A stretch of 64,000 nt of DNA, from assembly GCA_030390025.1 (NCBI GenBank), contig CM059438.1:66590001-66654000 (forward strand). Direction: 5' to 3'. The number at the start of each line of letters is the position of its first letter. Within the stretch, counting starts at the first letter, position 1. Of the stretch, positions 36,377-48,971 are shown piece by piece. Source of the stretch: Squalus acanthias. Its lineage: Eukaryota. The notes under the pieces were generated by a model. It was not told where the DNA came from and did no database searches. It saw nothing but the letters and a program-made list of their open reading frames with translations. Position numbers and translations under genes: made by a program.

Positions 36377-37054
36377 TAAGTCTATTATGGATTATTCCAG
36401 GCCGAGCACAAACCCCAAAAAGGCCCAGCACTTTTGTATTAACTTCAGTGGTAGTGGAATATAAGTGTGTACCACTATGGTGCTTACAATATTAGTCCCC
36501 TGCTATAGTTTTCAATGTGGAAGATTTCCTCTGTGCGTCAAGTTTACAATCTCACCACGTCTTTATAAAGAGCAAGGCTATGTTTTCAGCGCATGAAGTG
36601 CACAGCCGAATCTTTCCCCCTGGTGCCACAAAACCTGCCTGAGTGAGAAAGCAATCTCCTCCCAAGCCTCCACAAATACCGCTCAGTGACTGGAAGCTGG
36701 GAACCGAGAGAGGTGACTCTCCATCTCATTTCCCCCTCCGTTCCTGAAGGGAACAGCCCCTGCACAGTGGAATGGTTGAGTTCCGGCAGTTGTCTACCGG
36801 CACTTTATGGCCCAGCACCTGGGAGGTCCAGTGGACTTGACCACCTCCCTGTAAGCCACTCATTCTATTGATGCACAAGAATCGACAGTGAAAAGTGAAA
36901 GGGGAAAAATAAAAGTACAAGTACTAAAATTCACATGGAGAAAAACAGAAAGGAACTCATACAACCAGGAAACTGAAAATATTGTAAGTTTTGGGAGGAA
37001 GAGCAGAGCTCCTCCATGGCTCAATTCTAAAATGCACTGCCTTATGTATAACTG

Positions 37055-37260
37055 AGCAAAAGAGACCAGGAACAGCCCAGGTTTCCGTTAACTGATGTCA
37101 GCTAGACTGATAGTATGAGGGTTACAATTAGCCTCAGCGCTCCTGGGCTGAGGAATGGAGAAGCCAGGCAGGCTTTCCTCTCCTGATGGCTCCCCATTGC
37201 CTCCTACTGGAAATATATGTGCAGATGTTTGGTGAGACCCCGTTTGTGTTTATTGACAGT
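37055..37260 (+). mobile_element. Family B SINE-like repeat
   Basis: gaccaggaacagcccaggtt..gttaactgatgtcagc..acaattagcctcagcgctcctgggc. Confidence 0.5.
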
Positions 37261-38639
37261 GTTCGGTAATAATCACCAGTTCTCCTGCTGCACAATCTGT
37301 CCCTTTTACACGGTGGGAAATTAGGCAGCAAGAGATAATTGTTGATTTGAGCTTTACGCATGTGCGGTTGCCCTGAAGTCACACTATACCTGCACAATTC
37401 AACAAATTTGCGGTTTTTTGGGAGTCTGGTCAGGAATTTCTCCAATGCTGGAGTTGGATTCATACATGCCACCGATGCTGAAAGGTCACCATCAGTTAGT
37501 ATAAGCAGGTTGAACTCACAGCCCACTCATGGCGGCTGCAACCTTTGTGTTGACTGTTTATGTTGGCGCCCACCAGCACACAGCTGTTGGAAACGCTCCG
37601 AAAAGCCCTTCCCAGGGGGAGTCTTGGTGCCCCCAACATACCGCTGTCGCCAGAGTTGCTTCACGCAGTTGCCTTTGACAAGACCCATAGCTTAGGAGGC
37701 AACTGTGTAAAGCAAACTGGTTATCACTTAGCACAGACTGGTGATCAAACCTTGGACCTACTTAGTCAGTCTCACTCACTTCCACGCTGTTTATAACCTT
37801 GACCAACTAAGCGACTGGCAAAGTCTGGGCTATCAGTTTTCGTAAGAGCTTATTTGCAGAAATTCTACAAATGGACCATTTTAAAATGACTTAAAATGTG
37901 TTAAACAGTAACAAAAAATAAGGGAAGCCCTGGCGTGTGTCATCATTATAAAGGCTGCACCACCCTCTTCCTGACCTTTTATTTGCTGGGATCTTGACTG
38001 TACCCTCAGAATTGACGGCGAGTGAATTTCACAAGGCTCTTGTATCTGGGCCGTGAATTCACCTTGGCAGATCAGTTCTAAATAGAAAATGTTGAACCCC
38101 TTCTAGAAATTTGACCCCGATGGCGCACTGATGTAACTCACTCTGACAGAAGCAGTAGTTCATGGATGTGATTCTTCACACTGTAAGCTCCTGATTTTGA
38201 TTAGGCGCCATGGAAAGGATGAAGGTGCCCACAGAGGACAGGCCATCAATATCACGAAACCAAAGGTTAGTGCAGCATTGATGTTGTGCCACTGCATCTT
38301 ACTTGCTGTGTTAATATATTTTATAGCGTTTCTAAATAAAAAGGTGAAAATCCCTTTGAGCCAAAATCCAATTACTGCCTCCACTTTTTACTTCTTTATT
38401 TGTAATGTTGGACTCAAGAAAATTGGAGTTTGGAATCTGAATAAACTCCAAAATTAGGCAATGACTGGTGGGACCATGTAGTAGATATAAATACAGAGAA
38501 AAATCAGCAAAGATTTTTGTCTGATTGCGGTCCGGTGAAGTGCCTTGGGATGTTTTACTACCTTAAAAGCATTATATAAATGCAAGTTGTTCATGTATAT
38601 GGGCAGACTGGTCAATTTGCATTGTCTAATGGATTTTTA

Positions 38640-39010
38640 CTGCAACAAGCACCTATATAATGCCTTTAATATAATAAAACATCCTTAAGTGCTTCGTAGT
38701 GCTAAAATAACTGGAAACTGATAAGTGCAGGGAGAGGACTCAAGTGCGCTGGCCAAAAACAGGACCAAAGAGGCAAGTTTTGGGGGAAGCTGTTGAAGGA
38801 GGGGGAAGTGGTCACAAGACAGAGGGGTTCAGGGAGAGAGTTCCAGCAAAATGACGGAAGGATCTGCAGCCCAAACTTAAGCTGAGAGAAGGAGCAATGC
38901 AGAAAAGCCCAGAGGCGGAGAAGCAGAGGGCATGTACAGAAATATAGGGCTGAATGAGGAGGCAGAGGTAAGGGTGAGGCCATGGAGGGGCTTGTAGATA
39001 AGGAAAACAT
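38640..39010 (-). mobile_element. Old L2 3' fragment
   Basis: Reverse SPSMASPLP..WNSLPEPLCL; similar to the adjacent younger L2. Confidence 0.65.
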
Positions 39011-39105
39011 TACATAATATGTGTAAATCACATGAAGCTAGAGTCTGGGAATGATCGAGTTACCTTTCCCATCCTGTTAAAAGATGCTGATTCACCCTGT
39101 GGTAT

Positions 39106-39775
39106 AACAACAACAACAAGAACTTGTATTTATATAGCGCCTTTAACACAGTAAAACGTCCCAAGGTGCTTCACAGGAGTATTATAAGACAAAAAATTTG
39201 ACACCGAGCCACATAAGGAGAAATTAGGCCAAGTGACCAAAAGCTTGGTCAAAGAGGTAGGTTTTAAGGAGCGTCTTAAAGGAGGAAAGAGAGGTAGCGA
39301 GGCAGAGAGGTTTAGGCAGGGAATTCCAGAGCTTAGGGCCTAGGCAACAGAAGGTACGGCCACCAAAGGTTGAGCGATTATAATCAGGGATGCTCAAGAG
39401 GGCAGAATTAGAGGAGCGCAGATATCTCGGGGGGGTTGTGGGGCTGAAGGAGATTACAGAGATAGGGAGGGGCAAGGCCATGGAGGGATTTGAAAACAAG
39501 GATGAGAATTTTGAAATCGAGGCGTTGCTTAACGGGGAGCCAATGTAGGTCAGCGAGCACAGGGGTGATGGGCGAACGGGACTTGGTGCGAGTTAGGACA
39601 CGGGCAGCCGAGAATTGGATGACCTCAAGTTTACGTAGGGTAGAATCTGGGAGGCCAGCAAGGAGTGCGTTGGAATAGTCAAGTCTAGAAGTCACAAAGA
39701 CATGGATGAGGGTTTCAGCAGCGGATGAGCTGAGGCAAGGGCGGAGACGGGCAATGTTACAGAGATGGAATATTG
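39106..39775 (-). mobile_element. L2 LINE 3' fragment (young)
   Basis: ORF 39408-39818 AETLIHVFVTSRLDYSNALLAGLP..LHWLPVKQRLDFKIL; (ttg)n tail. Confidence 0.92.
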
Positions 39776-40014
39776 CCGTTGGTTTGTTGCTCCTCCAGCA
39801 TCTCAAACCGGGAGCCATTTTTAAAGCTTGAGCTGAGAAAGTGAGTGTTAGCAGGCTGTTCTGCCATGAGTAGAATCACAGCCAAGTCTGGTCCTACCCT
39901 CACATGATGTCCAGTATAATTTTTTTTGGACGCGACTGTTGCCAACAAAACAAAAGCATTCTGCGCATGCGCGCTTCCAGTTTGTTACAGGAGCGAGCTC
40001 GTTAAAATGTTTTT

Positions 40015-40493
40015 AGAAAAGCCGGGAAGGGAGCGGGTTGGTGAGAAAAAGCCGGGAAGGGAGCAGGCTGGTGAGAAAAAGCCGGGAAGGGAGCGGGCTG
40101 GTGAGAAAAAGCCGGGAATGGGAGCGGGCTGGTGAGAAAAAGCCGGGAATGGGAGCGGGCTGGTGAGAAAAAGCCGGGAAGGGAGCGGGCTGGTGAGAAA
40201 AAGCCGGGAATGGGAGCGGGCTGGTGAGAAAAAGCCGGGAAGGGAGCGGGCTGTTGAGAAAAAGCCGGGAAGGGAGCGGGCTGGTGAGAAAAAGCCGGGA
40301 AGGGAGCGGGCTGGTGAGAAAAAGCCGGGATGGGAGCGGGCTGGTGAGAAAAAGCCGGGATGGGAGCGGGCTGGTGAGAAAAAGCCGAGATGGGAGCGGG
40401 CTGGTGAGAAAAAGCCGGGAAGGGAGCGGGCTGGAGAGAAAAAGCCAGGAAGGGAGTGGGCTGGTGAGAAAAAGCCAGGAAGGGAGTGGGCTC
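40015..40493 (+). repeat. Minisatellite, 16 x 30-31 bp (gagaaaaagccgggaagggagcgggctggt)
   Basis: Direct count of 16 units; three carry an extra T (aatggg); no spacers. Confidence 0.97.
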
Positions 40494-40614
40494 GTTTTTA
40501 AAAAAGCAGAAACATCATGTTTCCGGTTGTTGGAGTGCGCAGTCCGCTTCTGCGCAGCTTCTGGTCGTTGGCAGCTGTCACTCCATATGCTGTGCCCATA
40601 TGTATTTCTTCACT

Positions 40615-40651
40615 TCACCTGATGAAGGAGCAGCGCTCCGAAAGCTTGTGA
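40615..40651 (+). ncRNA. Minimal type I hammerhead ribozyme motif
   Basis: Identical to 17960-17996 (tcacctgatgaaggagcagcgctccgaaagcttgtga). Confidence 0.8.
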
Positions 40652-40999
40652 TTTCAAATAAAGCTGTTGGACTATAACCTGGTGTTGTGCGACTTCTCAC
40701 TTTTGTCCAACCCAGTCCAACACCGGCATCTCCGCATCATATTGTTTTTAACAATTATTGAGGTCAGAGTTCAGCTTTCCTGCTTTGTGATGTCATCTCA
40801 TTGACTATATTCCAGTCTTGTGACACTCTTCAAGTCAGCTATTTATACACAATAAACATGTACAAATTAAATGAGACTGATATCTTCAGTATTTACACCA
40901 CAAAGGACTTCCAATTACTTTCCTATGGTTCTCATTGTCTACCTACAGTTCTCAATAATTTTGAACAGTTACAAAAAAAAATAATTGCATGAACTCCCC

Positions 41000-41330
41000 T
41001 GATGACTTAGTGGATGATCTCACTGCTCGGTGTGGTATCGGGCGGTAAGTCTATCAGGAGAGTTCCTGCTTCAATCCCAGATCTTTGCTGAGTTACCTAA
41101 TCTCAACTGGGTCTGAAGTTAGGATGCTGAATTTGGCTCCAGTCAAGGAGAGGAAAACCTGGAGAGGGTTCTGGCTCCTGGTGCCTATCCAGTGGGCTCC
41201 TCCTTCTGCAGATTCCAGGTAAGTCCAGAGCTGGGCTCGGCTGCGATGCCTCCATGGTGAATAGCCTGCCAGGCCAGGCTTGGCCAAGCTAACATGTAAG
41301 AATAATGACCACTGGATTGTCGTTCTGGAG
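41000..41330 (+). mobile_element. Family B SINE-like repeat (old)
   Basis: ttcaatcccagatctttgctgagttacctaatctc..ggctcctggtgcctatccagtg. Confidence 0.5.
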
Positions 41331-41849
41331 GTCTGGAAATGTACCTCAGCAATACTCAGCTCCTTCAGGAGGAGCAGGAAGATAATTTGGAGGAAAACTT
41401 ACGATCAAACTATCGCTTGTAATATGTTTAAAACTACCCGAGCCGGAATCGGTCTTGTCGCTTGATCTCAGGGTACGAAATAATTAAAAATATTCTTGAA
41501 ATTTCCTCTCAAGAATTTGACATCTTCCGAATGCCTCTTTAGTGTTGCAACTCATTGTCTGGTCCCTGTTGGTTTAAGCACTGCCTATTGTGAATAATGC
41601 AGATTACTCTGAGAGACAGCAAATTTAAAATAGGTTTAAAAGATATACATTTCAAGATATCCACTTAACACTGTTTATTGGAATAAAGCCAGCTATTGTA
41701 CTGAAATGTTTTTAGACTTGGATCATTTTTTTAAAATGTTTTTTCTGAATTTCTGCCTTTTGTTTTGCTTGTCAAAATGAGATTGTCAATGCTAAATAAT
41801 AGAAGTTCAGCCAGCATGAAGTACTCCCAGGTCAGTCAGAATAACAACA

Positions 41850-42610
41850 CTAAAAACAACTTAATTTATATGGAGGCTTAAATGTAGAAAACAATCCATG
41901 AGAACAGATGTTGAGCTACCTTGAGAGAGTTATAAGAGGTGACCTAAAGTTTGGTTAAAAAGATTGGTTTTGAAAAAGGCTTTTAAATGTGGAAAAGGAA
42001 GTAGTGAGATGGAGGGATTTGGGGAGAGAATTCTGGAGAGTTGGGCCGAGGCAGTTGAAGGCTCTGCCGCCAATGATGGGGTCAAGGGAAGGGGTTGCAT
42101 AAAAGATCAGAGTCAGAGGGCTGAAGATTGTAGGAGGAGATACAAGGCCGGAGGAGATTGCCTAGATAGGCTGGGGTGAGACTATGGAGGGAATTTAAGG
42201 TGAGGACGAGGATTTTAAATGTATTGAGATGGGGGACAGGAGCCCATGTATATCAACATCCTCAGGGGCTATGAACGAGCGGGATGTAGTGCAGGACATG
42301 GTACAGATGGCTGAGCTGGGGACAAGTTGGAGTTTATGGAGGGCTTAGGGTGAGAGGCCAGCAAAAAGAATAATGGAGAAATCAGGTCTGGAGGTAACAA
42401 AATCATGAATAAAGTTTTCATTGGCGGTGGGGCTAAGGTCGAGGTGGAGGCAGGCAGTGGAAGTCTTGGTGATGGGTAGTATGTGGGGTTTGAAGTTCAG
42501 CTCTAGGTCCAACAGGACATCGAGATTTTGCAGTGGGTGACTGGAGTTATAGGAAAGGAGAGCAGGTTTTGTGGCAAGGGCTAAAAACGATCACATTGGT
42601 CTCCCTGATA
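41850..42610 (-). mobile_element. Old L2 fragment
   Basis: Colinear diverged match to 39110-39770 (tggagggaatttaag..ggtctggaggtaacaaaatcatgaat). Confidence 0.75.
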
Positions 42611-44509
42611 TTGTATCACAGTTTTAGGACAGATTGAAGCTTACTCTACATTGCCCTGCCAAAGTACCTCAGATCTTATCTCAGAAGAGTACCCAGTACT
42701 GCTGGAATGTTGAAACTATGGCTTTTAGGCCACAAGCAGTTATCAAGCACTAGCAATCAGGCCCATGAGGTCCAGCAACTTAGTTCTATTTGTGCTTATA
42801 TTTCTTAGTTGATAGTTATCCTTTTAAATATTATTAGTGTGCAGGTTTGGAAAGAGGTGACTCATTGATAGATCATTCCTAAATTGAAGCACCAAGCTCT
42901 GTTAGTATTTTTGACTTGAAATACATGCAAATTAATGAGAAGATCAACTTAAACCTTATTTGTAGCCAGTGAAACTCTACAATAGGCCCCAAAGTGCTCA
43001 CAAAGACATAAAGCTTAGATCCCTTATCGACTTTTCCATTTTCCATTGTCCATGCCAGTAATCTCATGGCGTTTAAATTGGCTGTATCAACACGGATGCT
43101 ATTTTTGATGGGGATTATCCTTCATTCTGCTCCAAATTGGCAATTTTATGCTGTGTCTAATTTAACAGACAGTGACTAACATCCCACTGGTCTGGATTGG
43201 TTTCAGAACAGATCCCAGAAGAGAAAGGCTAATGCCAAACCCACGGACCCAGAAACAAGCCAAGATTTCCACATCATGGACTTGAATTGAGAAAATGATT
43301 TGTGTTTTATTACAGGGAAAAATGATTTCTGATGCAGATTATTTGGGATTGTCATTGAGTTTTCCAGATACATTGCAACGTGACGTTAATAAGTAAATCA
43401 CTTTCACAAGTTAGAGCTATAACCCAATTAAAAAAAATTAGAGTGAAAGAAACCATAAGGTAACCATCGCTTATTTGACCTGCCTCGGTCAATTTTCTAA
43501 TTTCTCACAAAATGTAAACCTCACAGGAGGCCGGCAACTGACAGCGTACTGCGCACTATTGCAAATTTAATTTTTCAGCCATCTCCCTTGAGAAATGCAC
43601 ATTGCAATGTCAAGATATTACTGGCATCCTGATAATCAGTTTAAATGCTGTCATCAATCAAGTTTCAAAAGTGTTGATTTAACTTGCAATATTTAGAGGA
43701 TTGTGAGGGAAAATATCAAGGTGATGTCAGTCTGCAAACAGGATCAGTATTGATACAGCCAGTTTTAAAATGAGATTGCTAATGAACGATGTACTGTCGT
43801 TAGCAACATTAAGGATCATTATTGCGCTGCACACTGTGCCTGTAATTAAAACTGGCAATAGCAGCCTAACCTGGTACTTGTTCTTCATGCTTTCATTAGC
43901 TAGGTGTGCTAACAATGTAGGCAGTAACTGCAAAATGGGTGGCATTGTCATCATCATTCCACCAACATGTCAAAAGTGATCTGCTTGACGCCGTAATGGA
44001 AGTGGAGCTCCTGGAAACAGTGTTTTGCCAACTTGCAAGTGTCTAACAAAGTATGAACTCAGCAGGGTTTGGCTGCAGTCACCTTGCTTCCCACTGAATT
44101 GGGTGAGCTAGCTGGGCTTTTGTGCTCTCCTGCTTTCCCTTGCTGGCTGCACGTTCATTGTGCATCATTTTCAGGTCGGGAGGATGAAAGCGCACGGGCC
44201 GCAGAATTCTCCACAGTGTGAGGGTTTAGCCGAGTCTAAACTACCGACAGTAGAGAAAGGCGGAGGTGGGCTCCTGGCTCGTTGCTGATGAAAATTCATT
44301 GTAAACTTTACCACCCAGAGTTGTAAGAGTAAGTGGGAAAAATGGACTTTTGTTTTAAAAACCAGACTTCTGGGCCGTGAAATTCGGCTCGTTTGCACTG
44401 GCCGATGAGGCCGGTTTGGATGAAGAAATGGCGGTTGCCTTGCTTCCACCCACTTCCGGCGTGGAACCGCGGTGGTCAACATTTTGGGCAGGTCAGCAAC
44501 GTAGCCATT

Positions 44510-45254
44510 GGGCTCGATTTTGTCATGGGGTGGGCTGGGGTCGTGTCATCCGCTTTTCGTGTTAGCCACCCGACTCCAATTGGATGTGGGAGAATTATTC
44601 GATTTTCCCCTAATTGGGCAATTGAGTTCCAGCATGTGGGACTCCATGACCCAATTAGTTTTTTCAGTCTGAAAGTCGCCTCTGATGATGTCATCATTAC
44701 TGCTGCATTTAAAGTCTGCAAAGACTGGGAAGCTTTTGGCCTTTGCTGTGAGAGGGGCCTGGAGGCAAAATGAGCAGCAGGAGACCTAAGTCTGCTCCCA
44801 GATTTTTTTGTACCACCACCACCACCACCACTACTACTCCAGGCTCCAAAGTTCCACAACAATGGTTATGACTGCTAAAAGTTCACCCAGAATGATGATT
44901 GATCAAATCTCCTTCTTAATGGTGGACCTGCAGCTGATAGTCAGCAATCCAAGTGTGCTACCGGCAGGTTCCACCGTCGTGTTTCAGAGGAGGCGTGCAT
45001 CACGTCGGAAAAGTCTTAAAATCAGAAAGGCCTCTCAAAATGGGATTATAGAGTCAATTAAGTGGTTGTTAAGGGCCTTAAGGGCCTATCCCGCCTCTTG
45101 GAGGCGGGACGGAGACGGGATCAGAAAACTCACATTTGGGAAAATTGCTCGGAGGCGGGATGGAGGCAGGGTCAGGCCTGCCCGCCATTTTTTGCAATTT
45201 TAACACCCCACACGCCTCCATTCCCGCCTCCTCGGGCCTGGCAAAATCGAGCCC
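44510..45254. mobile_element. Family B MITE nested in the Harbinger element
   Basis: TIR gggctcgattttg / caaaatcgagccc; flanks att/atc. Confidence 0.85.
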
Positions 45255-46710
45255 ATCGTCTGCACTCACTCCAGATATGGAAATGAGTCAGATTGTGTCA
45301 TCAATCAGCGTGCAATGCTGAATTGACGCACGATCTGGTAATTTGGAGGTCGCCGTTCCTTTTAATGCCCTCTCCAAAGTACACACAGCAGAACATGTGT
45401 GTAGCTATACGATGGACCCCCCTACCAGCCCTTCCTAAAGGGACATACGCAACTTTCAATTAAGTTTAGATTTTTGCTTTTGTACTGGGTTCTTTACATT
45501 TTATTGGAGTAGTGCCTTGGTGTAAGACATTTAAAAAGTTGTTAAAGTGTGCAGGGAGTGCTGCTGGACATTTGCAAGGCTTTGGCTCTTAAAGGAAGGC
45601 CTCTGAGACCACCATTTGCTCCCAGTCCTGGGGGCTCTAGTTGCAGCCCCCCTTGGGCTGCAGCATGACATGGAGATGGAGCAGAGGCAGCAAAGACGAC
45701 AACCTGCTCGCAGAGGGTGGAGGAGGAGGAAGAGGAGGGGGAAGAGGAAGAAGCAGTAGAGGAAGCAGCAGAAGAGGAGGAAGCAGAAGAGGAGGAAGCA
45801 GACAGAAGAATGCAACCCAGACAGCCCCTTTCTGGCCAGGATATCCGGGATCGAATCATCCACCTGCGGTACCAGTGACCACAACTCCAATTCCCCTTTC
45901 AACATTTGTCCCATACCTTACTTCCCTCCATTACTGACCATCACAGTGTCCTCTTGGCCACAACACTGAAATAAAAGCCACCACAAAGCAAACTTTTCAA
46001 TCCAACTTTATCCATATATGCATCCAATAATTATTAAAAAATCAACTAATCACCCTTGTGCATTCCCTTAGTGATTGCCTTGCGTGTGTCTTTGCCTATC
46101 CGAGTGATGTCATGCAGTGTTACCCCAGTGGCTGCAGCATGGCTGGTGGAAGGCTGCTGACTTTCAGTGGGGGGCACTGCAGATGGCCTTGCAGGACAAC
46201 CTTTAGGAGCTGGTGGCTGGGAGTGTGAAATCGAGTGATGGTGTTTCTTCTTCTTCTTCTTCACTCTCCTCTCCCTCTTCTTGGTCAACCACTGGCTGAG
46301 CAGGCTGGATTTCTTGGCTGTCTGAAATGAGGAAGGCACAAAGGTACGTTTGTAGTGAGGGGAGGGGTCTAAAGCAAGAGGTGCATGCTTACACCATGTG
46401 CAGCTTGTAAATCAGAAGATATTGTGGGATGAGGGGTAAGTTGGATGTGAGAAGGAAGATAACATATGAGGATACCGACATCTTGTATTCTTTCAGCCCT
46501 GACACTGGCCAAAGACTCTGCCATGCCCCTGGCAAAATGGCCAGCACCATCTCCTCCAAGGGTGAGATGAAGCTTGGAATGTGAGGTGTGCCTCATGTTT
46601 GGTGGAGATTGTTGGTAGGGGACTGACGGGGCGGGGGTCGTGCATTGAGCAGTGTGTGAGGCTAGTGGTGCGGTTGGTAGGAGACGGCTTTTGAAGATGC
46701 ATTCACTGAC

Positions 46711-46962
46711 CTTGACCACTCGTCTGAGGACATGAAACTTCTTTGGGCACTGGAGCCAGGTCCTGGGATGGGGGTGGTGGCAGGGGGGGGGCAACACTGC
46801 TGGCAGTGACTGCCTCGGCAATCTGGTCCCACATCGTTCTTTCTGGAGGGCCTCCTGGCTACCTGTGGGTAGAGGACCTCTCTTGCAGTGTTCAACCCCT
46901 GCACAATGCTTGAGTGCTGCGTCCGAGACCCTGGGTTCCCTTTCCCTGGCCTGTTAAGCCAT
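46711..46962 (-). pseudogene. Harbinger Myb/SANT-like exon (frameshifted)
   Basis: VQGLNTAREVLYPQ..RTWLQCPKKFHVLRRVVK|gtcagt. Confidence 0.75.
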
Positions 46963-48290
46963 TTGGGTTAGTGCTGAAGCACTTTTACCATTTTTTGATC
47001 AGCAGAAGGCAGCTCACCTTTAAGAGGTGCAGATTGCCTTTAAGAGGTGCAGGCTAGCTTTAGGTAAAGCTAGCCTTGCTCGAACCTCAGGAACTTTGGC
47101 CCCCTGCAGCGCATTCTGCACTTGGCTGTGCGCTGCAATCATTATAATTAGCAAGCAGCGCGAAGTTGATGTGCTGCCTGCGCTTCGTGTATGGGCGCGG
47201 GCATTTTGCACATCCCTGAGCCCGCAGACATTTTTTTAGCACTGTGGAATTTCACCCGCCTGGTGTCTGGTTTACGGTTTAAAGATTTCTGAACACACCT
47301 TTCAAGAACTGTGCTGTGTGGTTAAAAAGCCAGTTAGTGTAGGAAATGGAAAAAACATCACATTGCATTGGGACAAGGGTAAAGGGAGCTTATCACTGCA
47401 TCAAACCATGCTATACCTGACCTGAGTCTGCTTGATGTTGAGACTGGTTGCTCCAAATGGCGTGTGAGTTTGGCTAAGTGGTAGCACTGTGTGGTTCTGG
47501 CACAGGAGGTCATTGGTTTGAGGCCCACTCCTCAACTTAAGTATAAAATTTAAGCTGATGCCAGAGTGCAATACTGAAGGAACGTTGCATTATCAGAGGT
47601 ACCGTCTTTCAGGTGAGATGTTTGCTTATTCAGGTAGATGTCAAACGATCTCATTCATTGATGTGGGGATGTGAAAGGCACAAGGTAAGTGCAATTTCTT
47701 TCTTTCCTCAGTGCTGATATCTCTCACAGTAACACTGTTATCAAGGAACTTGCTTCAAAGATTAGGGTGAAGGTACAGGTTATGAGCTAGTGTAGAGAAA
47801 GCTTTAATCTGCATTTAACAAGTGCTGTACCTGACCTACTTAATGCTGAGAATTACTGCATTGCCCAGCATGGACACTGATCAACTTCAACGAAGGAACG
47901 TTCATTCTCCTGTGGAAGAACAAATAAAAATGTACTTGTGACCTTGTTAGGATAACATTTTCAACTCTGCATGCTTACCAACCACGAATGGGACGTACAC
48001 ATTTTAAGTCGCATTACGATGATATCACAAGGGCACTGCAGCCTTGGGGATTTTAAGCTTTAGGGACCAGTGTGTTCAAACTGCTCTCCGGTGCAAGATT
48101 TATAAAGTGGGCTTTAGCGATGTGACTTTTGGTAAGTGTCATGTTAAAATTAAGATAGTTTAATGGGCAACCTTTCTAAAACGCCGAGAACCCTTCAGCA
48201 GTTTACTTTTTGCAGCTCTTTACTAGAGCTTTTATTAGTGTTCCTGGAATGGGCTTACTGGGACATTCTAAAATGTAACCTAGATACCAA

Positions 48291-48971
48291 GGGGGAAAAA
48301 TCCAGTGGCGCCCCTGCGCTGTAAATTCAGTGGTAGCGTCCCAAGCAGGAGGCGGGGCGCTACTGGAAGCGCTCCCCCTCCTTCCTGGGGCGCAACCATT
48401 GAATATCGCGGCATTACGTGCAATAGCGGCTCGTTTGTCGGCACGTAACGCCGCGGTATTGCAGGCCTCCCTCCCCTGATTAAAGGGGAGGGGCCTAGCG
48501 CAGCGCACACCGGAGCCCCGCTGGACCAATGGGGAGCGGGGTGCCGGGAAACTGCCCGGCACTCAAGAGGAGTGCTGGGCTGAGCGATCGCGGCCTGCAC
48601 CCCGCATAAAAAAGAGGGAGGGGGCAGGCGCTGGCAGGCAGCCAAAAAAAATGGCCACCCGGCACCTGCCCTTTAATTTGCGCTGCTGCGGTCGCAAAAA
48701 CGCCACCCTGACCCTGTCGGACATATCGTCCGGTGGTAGATCAGGGGGTGCTTGCGGCCGGGGCGTGAGTGGAGCGCTGCGCACGGTGATGATGTCATCG
48801 CTGGAGGCGCAGCGCCGCGGGGTGCTACCGGCTACTGCCGCCGCTAACCTCCCGCTGAATTTCGCAGGAGGTGTTAGCGGCACCGCTCCCAGGCGCTATG
48901 GGCTTTGCGCCCCGTTAGCTCACCCCCGGGGACGCTAACGGGAGGCGCAAGGCAAACCAATTTTTCCCCCC
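48291..48971. mobile_element. PIF/Harbinger MITE (family A)
   Basis: gggggaaaaat / atttttcccccc; TSD CAA (48288-48290, 48972-48974). Confidence 0.85.

Larger units (their letters stand above)
39925..40740 (+). mobile_element. ORF-less Penelope-like derivative containing a 30-bp minisatellite and a hammerhead
   Basis: 40600-40740 is the reverse complement of 17725-17865; the 5' boundary is inferred from the change to CpG-rich sequence. Confidence 0.6.
44372..47259. mobile_element. Internally deleted PIF/Harbinger transposon
   Basis: Termini gggccgtgaaattc / gaatttcacccgcc; Glu-rich transposase tail ..GQDIRDRIIHL (45700-45870, +); Myb exon at 46711-46962 (-); same layout as 9423-11702. Confidence 0.8.

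Noticed and set aside
39962..39973. NRF1-like motif tgcgcatgcgcg as a host promoter
   Set aside because: It is a single motif within a probable repeat body, with no downstream gene structure.
40015..40493. CRISPR array or repetitive protein gene (EKKPGRERAG)n
   Set aside because: The units are contiguous with no unique spacers, there are no cas genes and the context is eukaryotic. The 31-bp units break the reading frame.
45641..45937. Gly/Arg- or Ser-rich low-complexity protein
   Set aside because: These are alternative frames of the (GAG/GAA)-rich acidic tail of the Harbinger transposase remnant.
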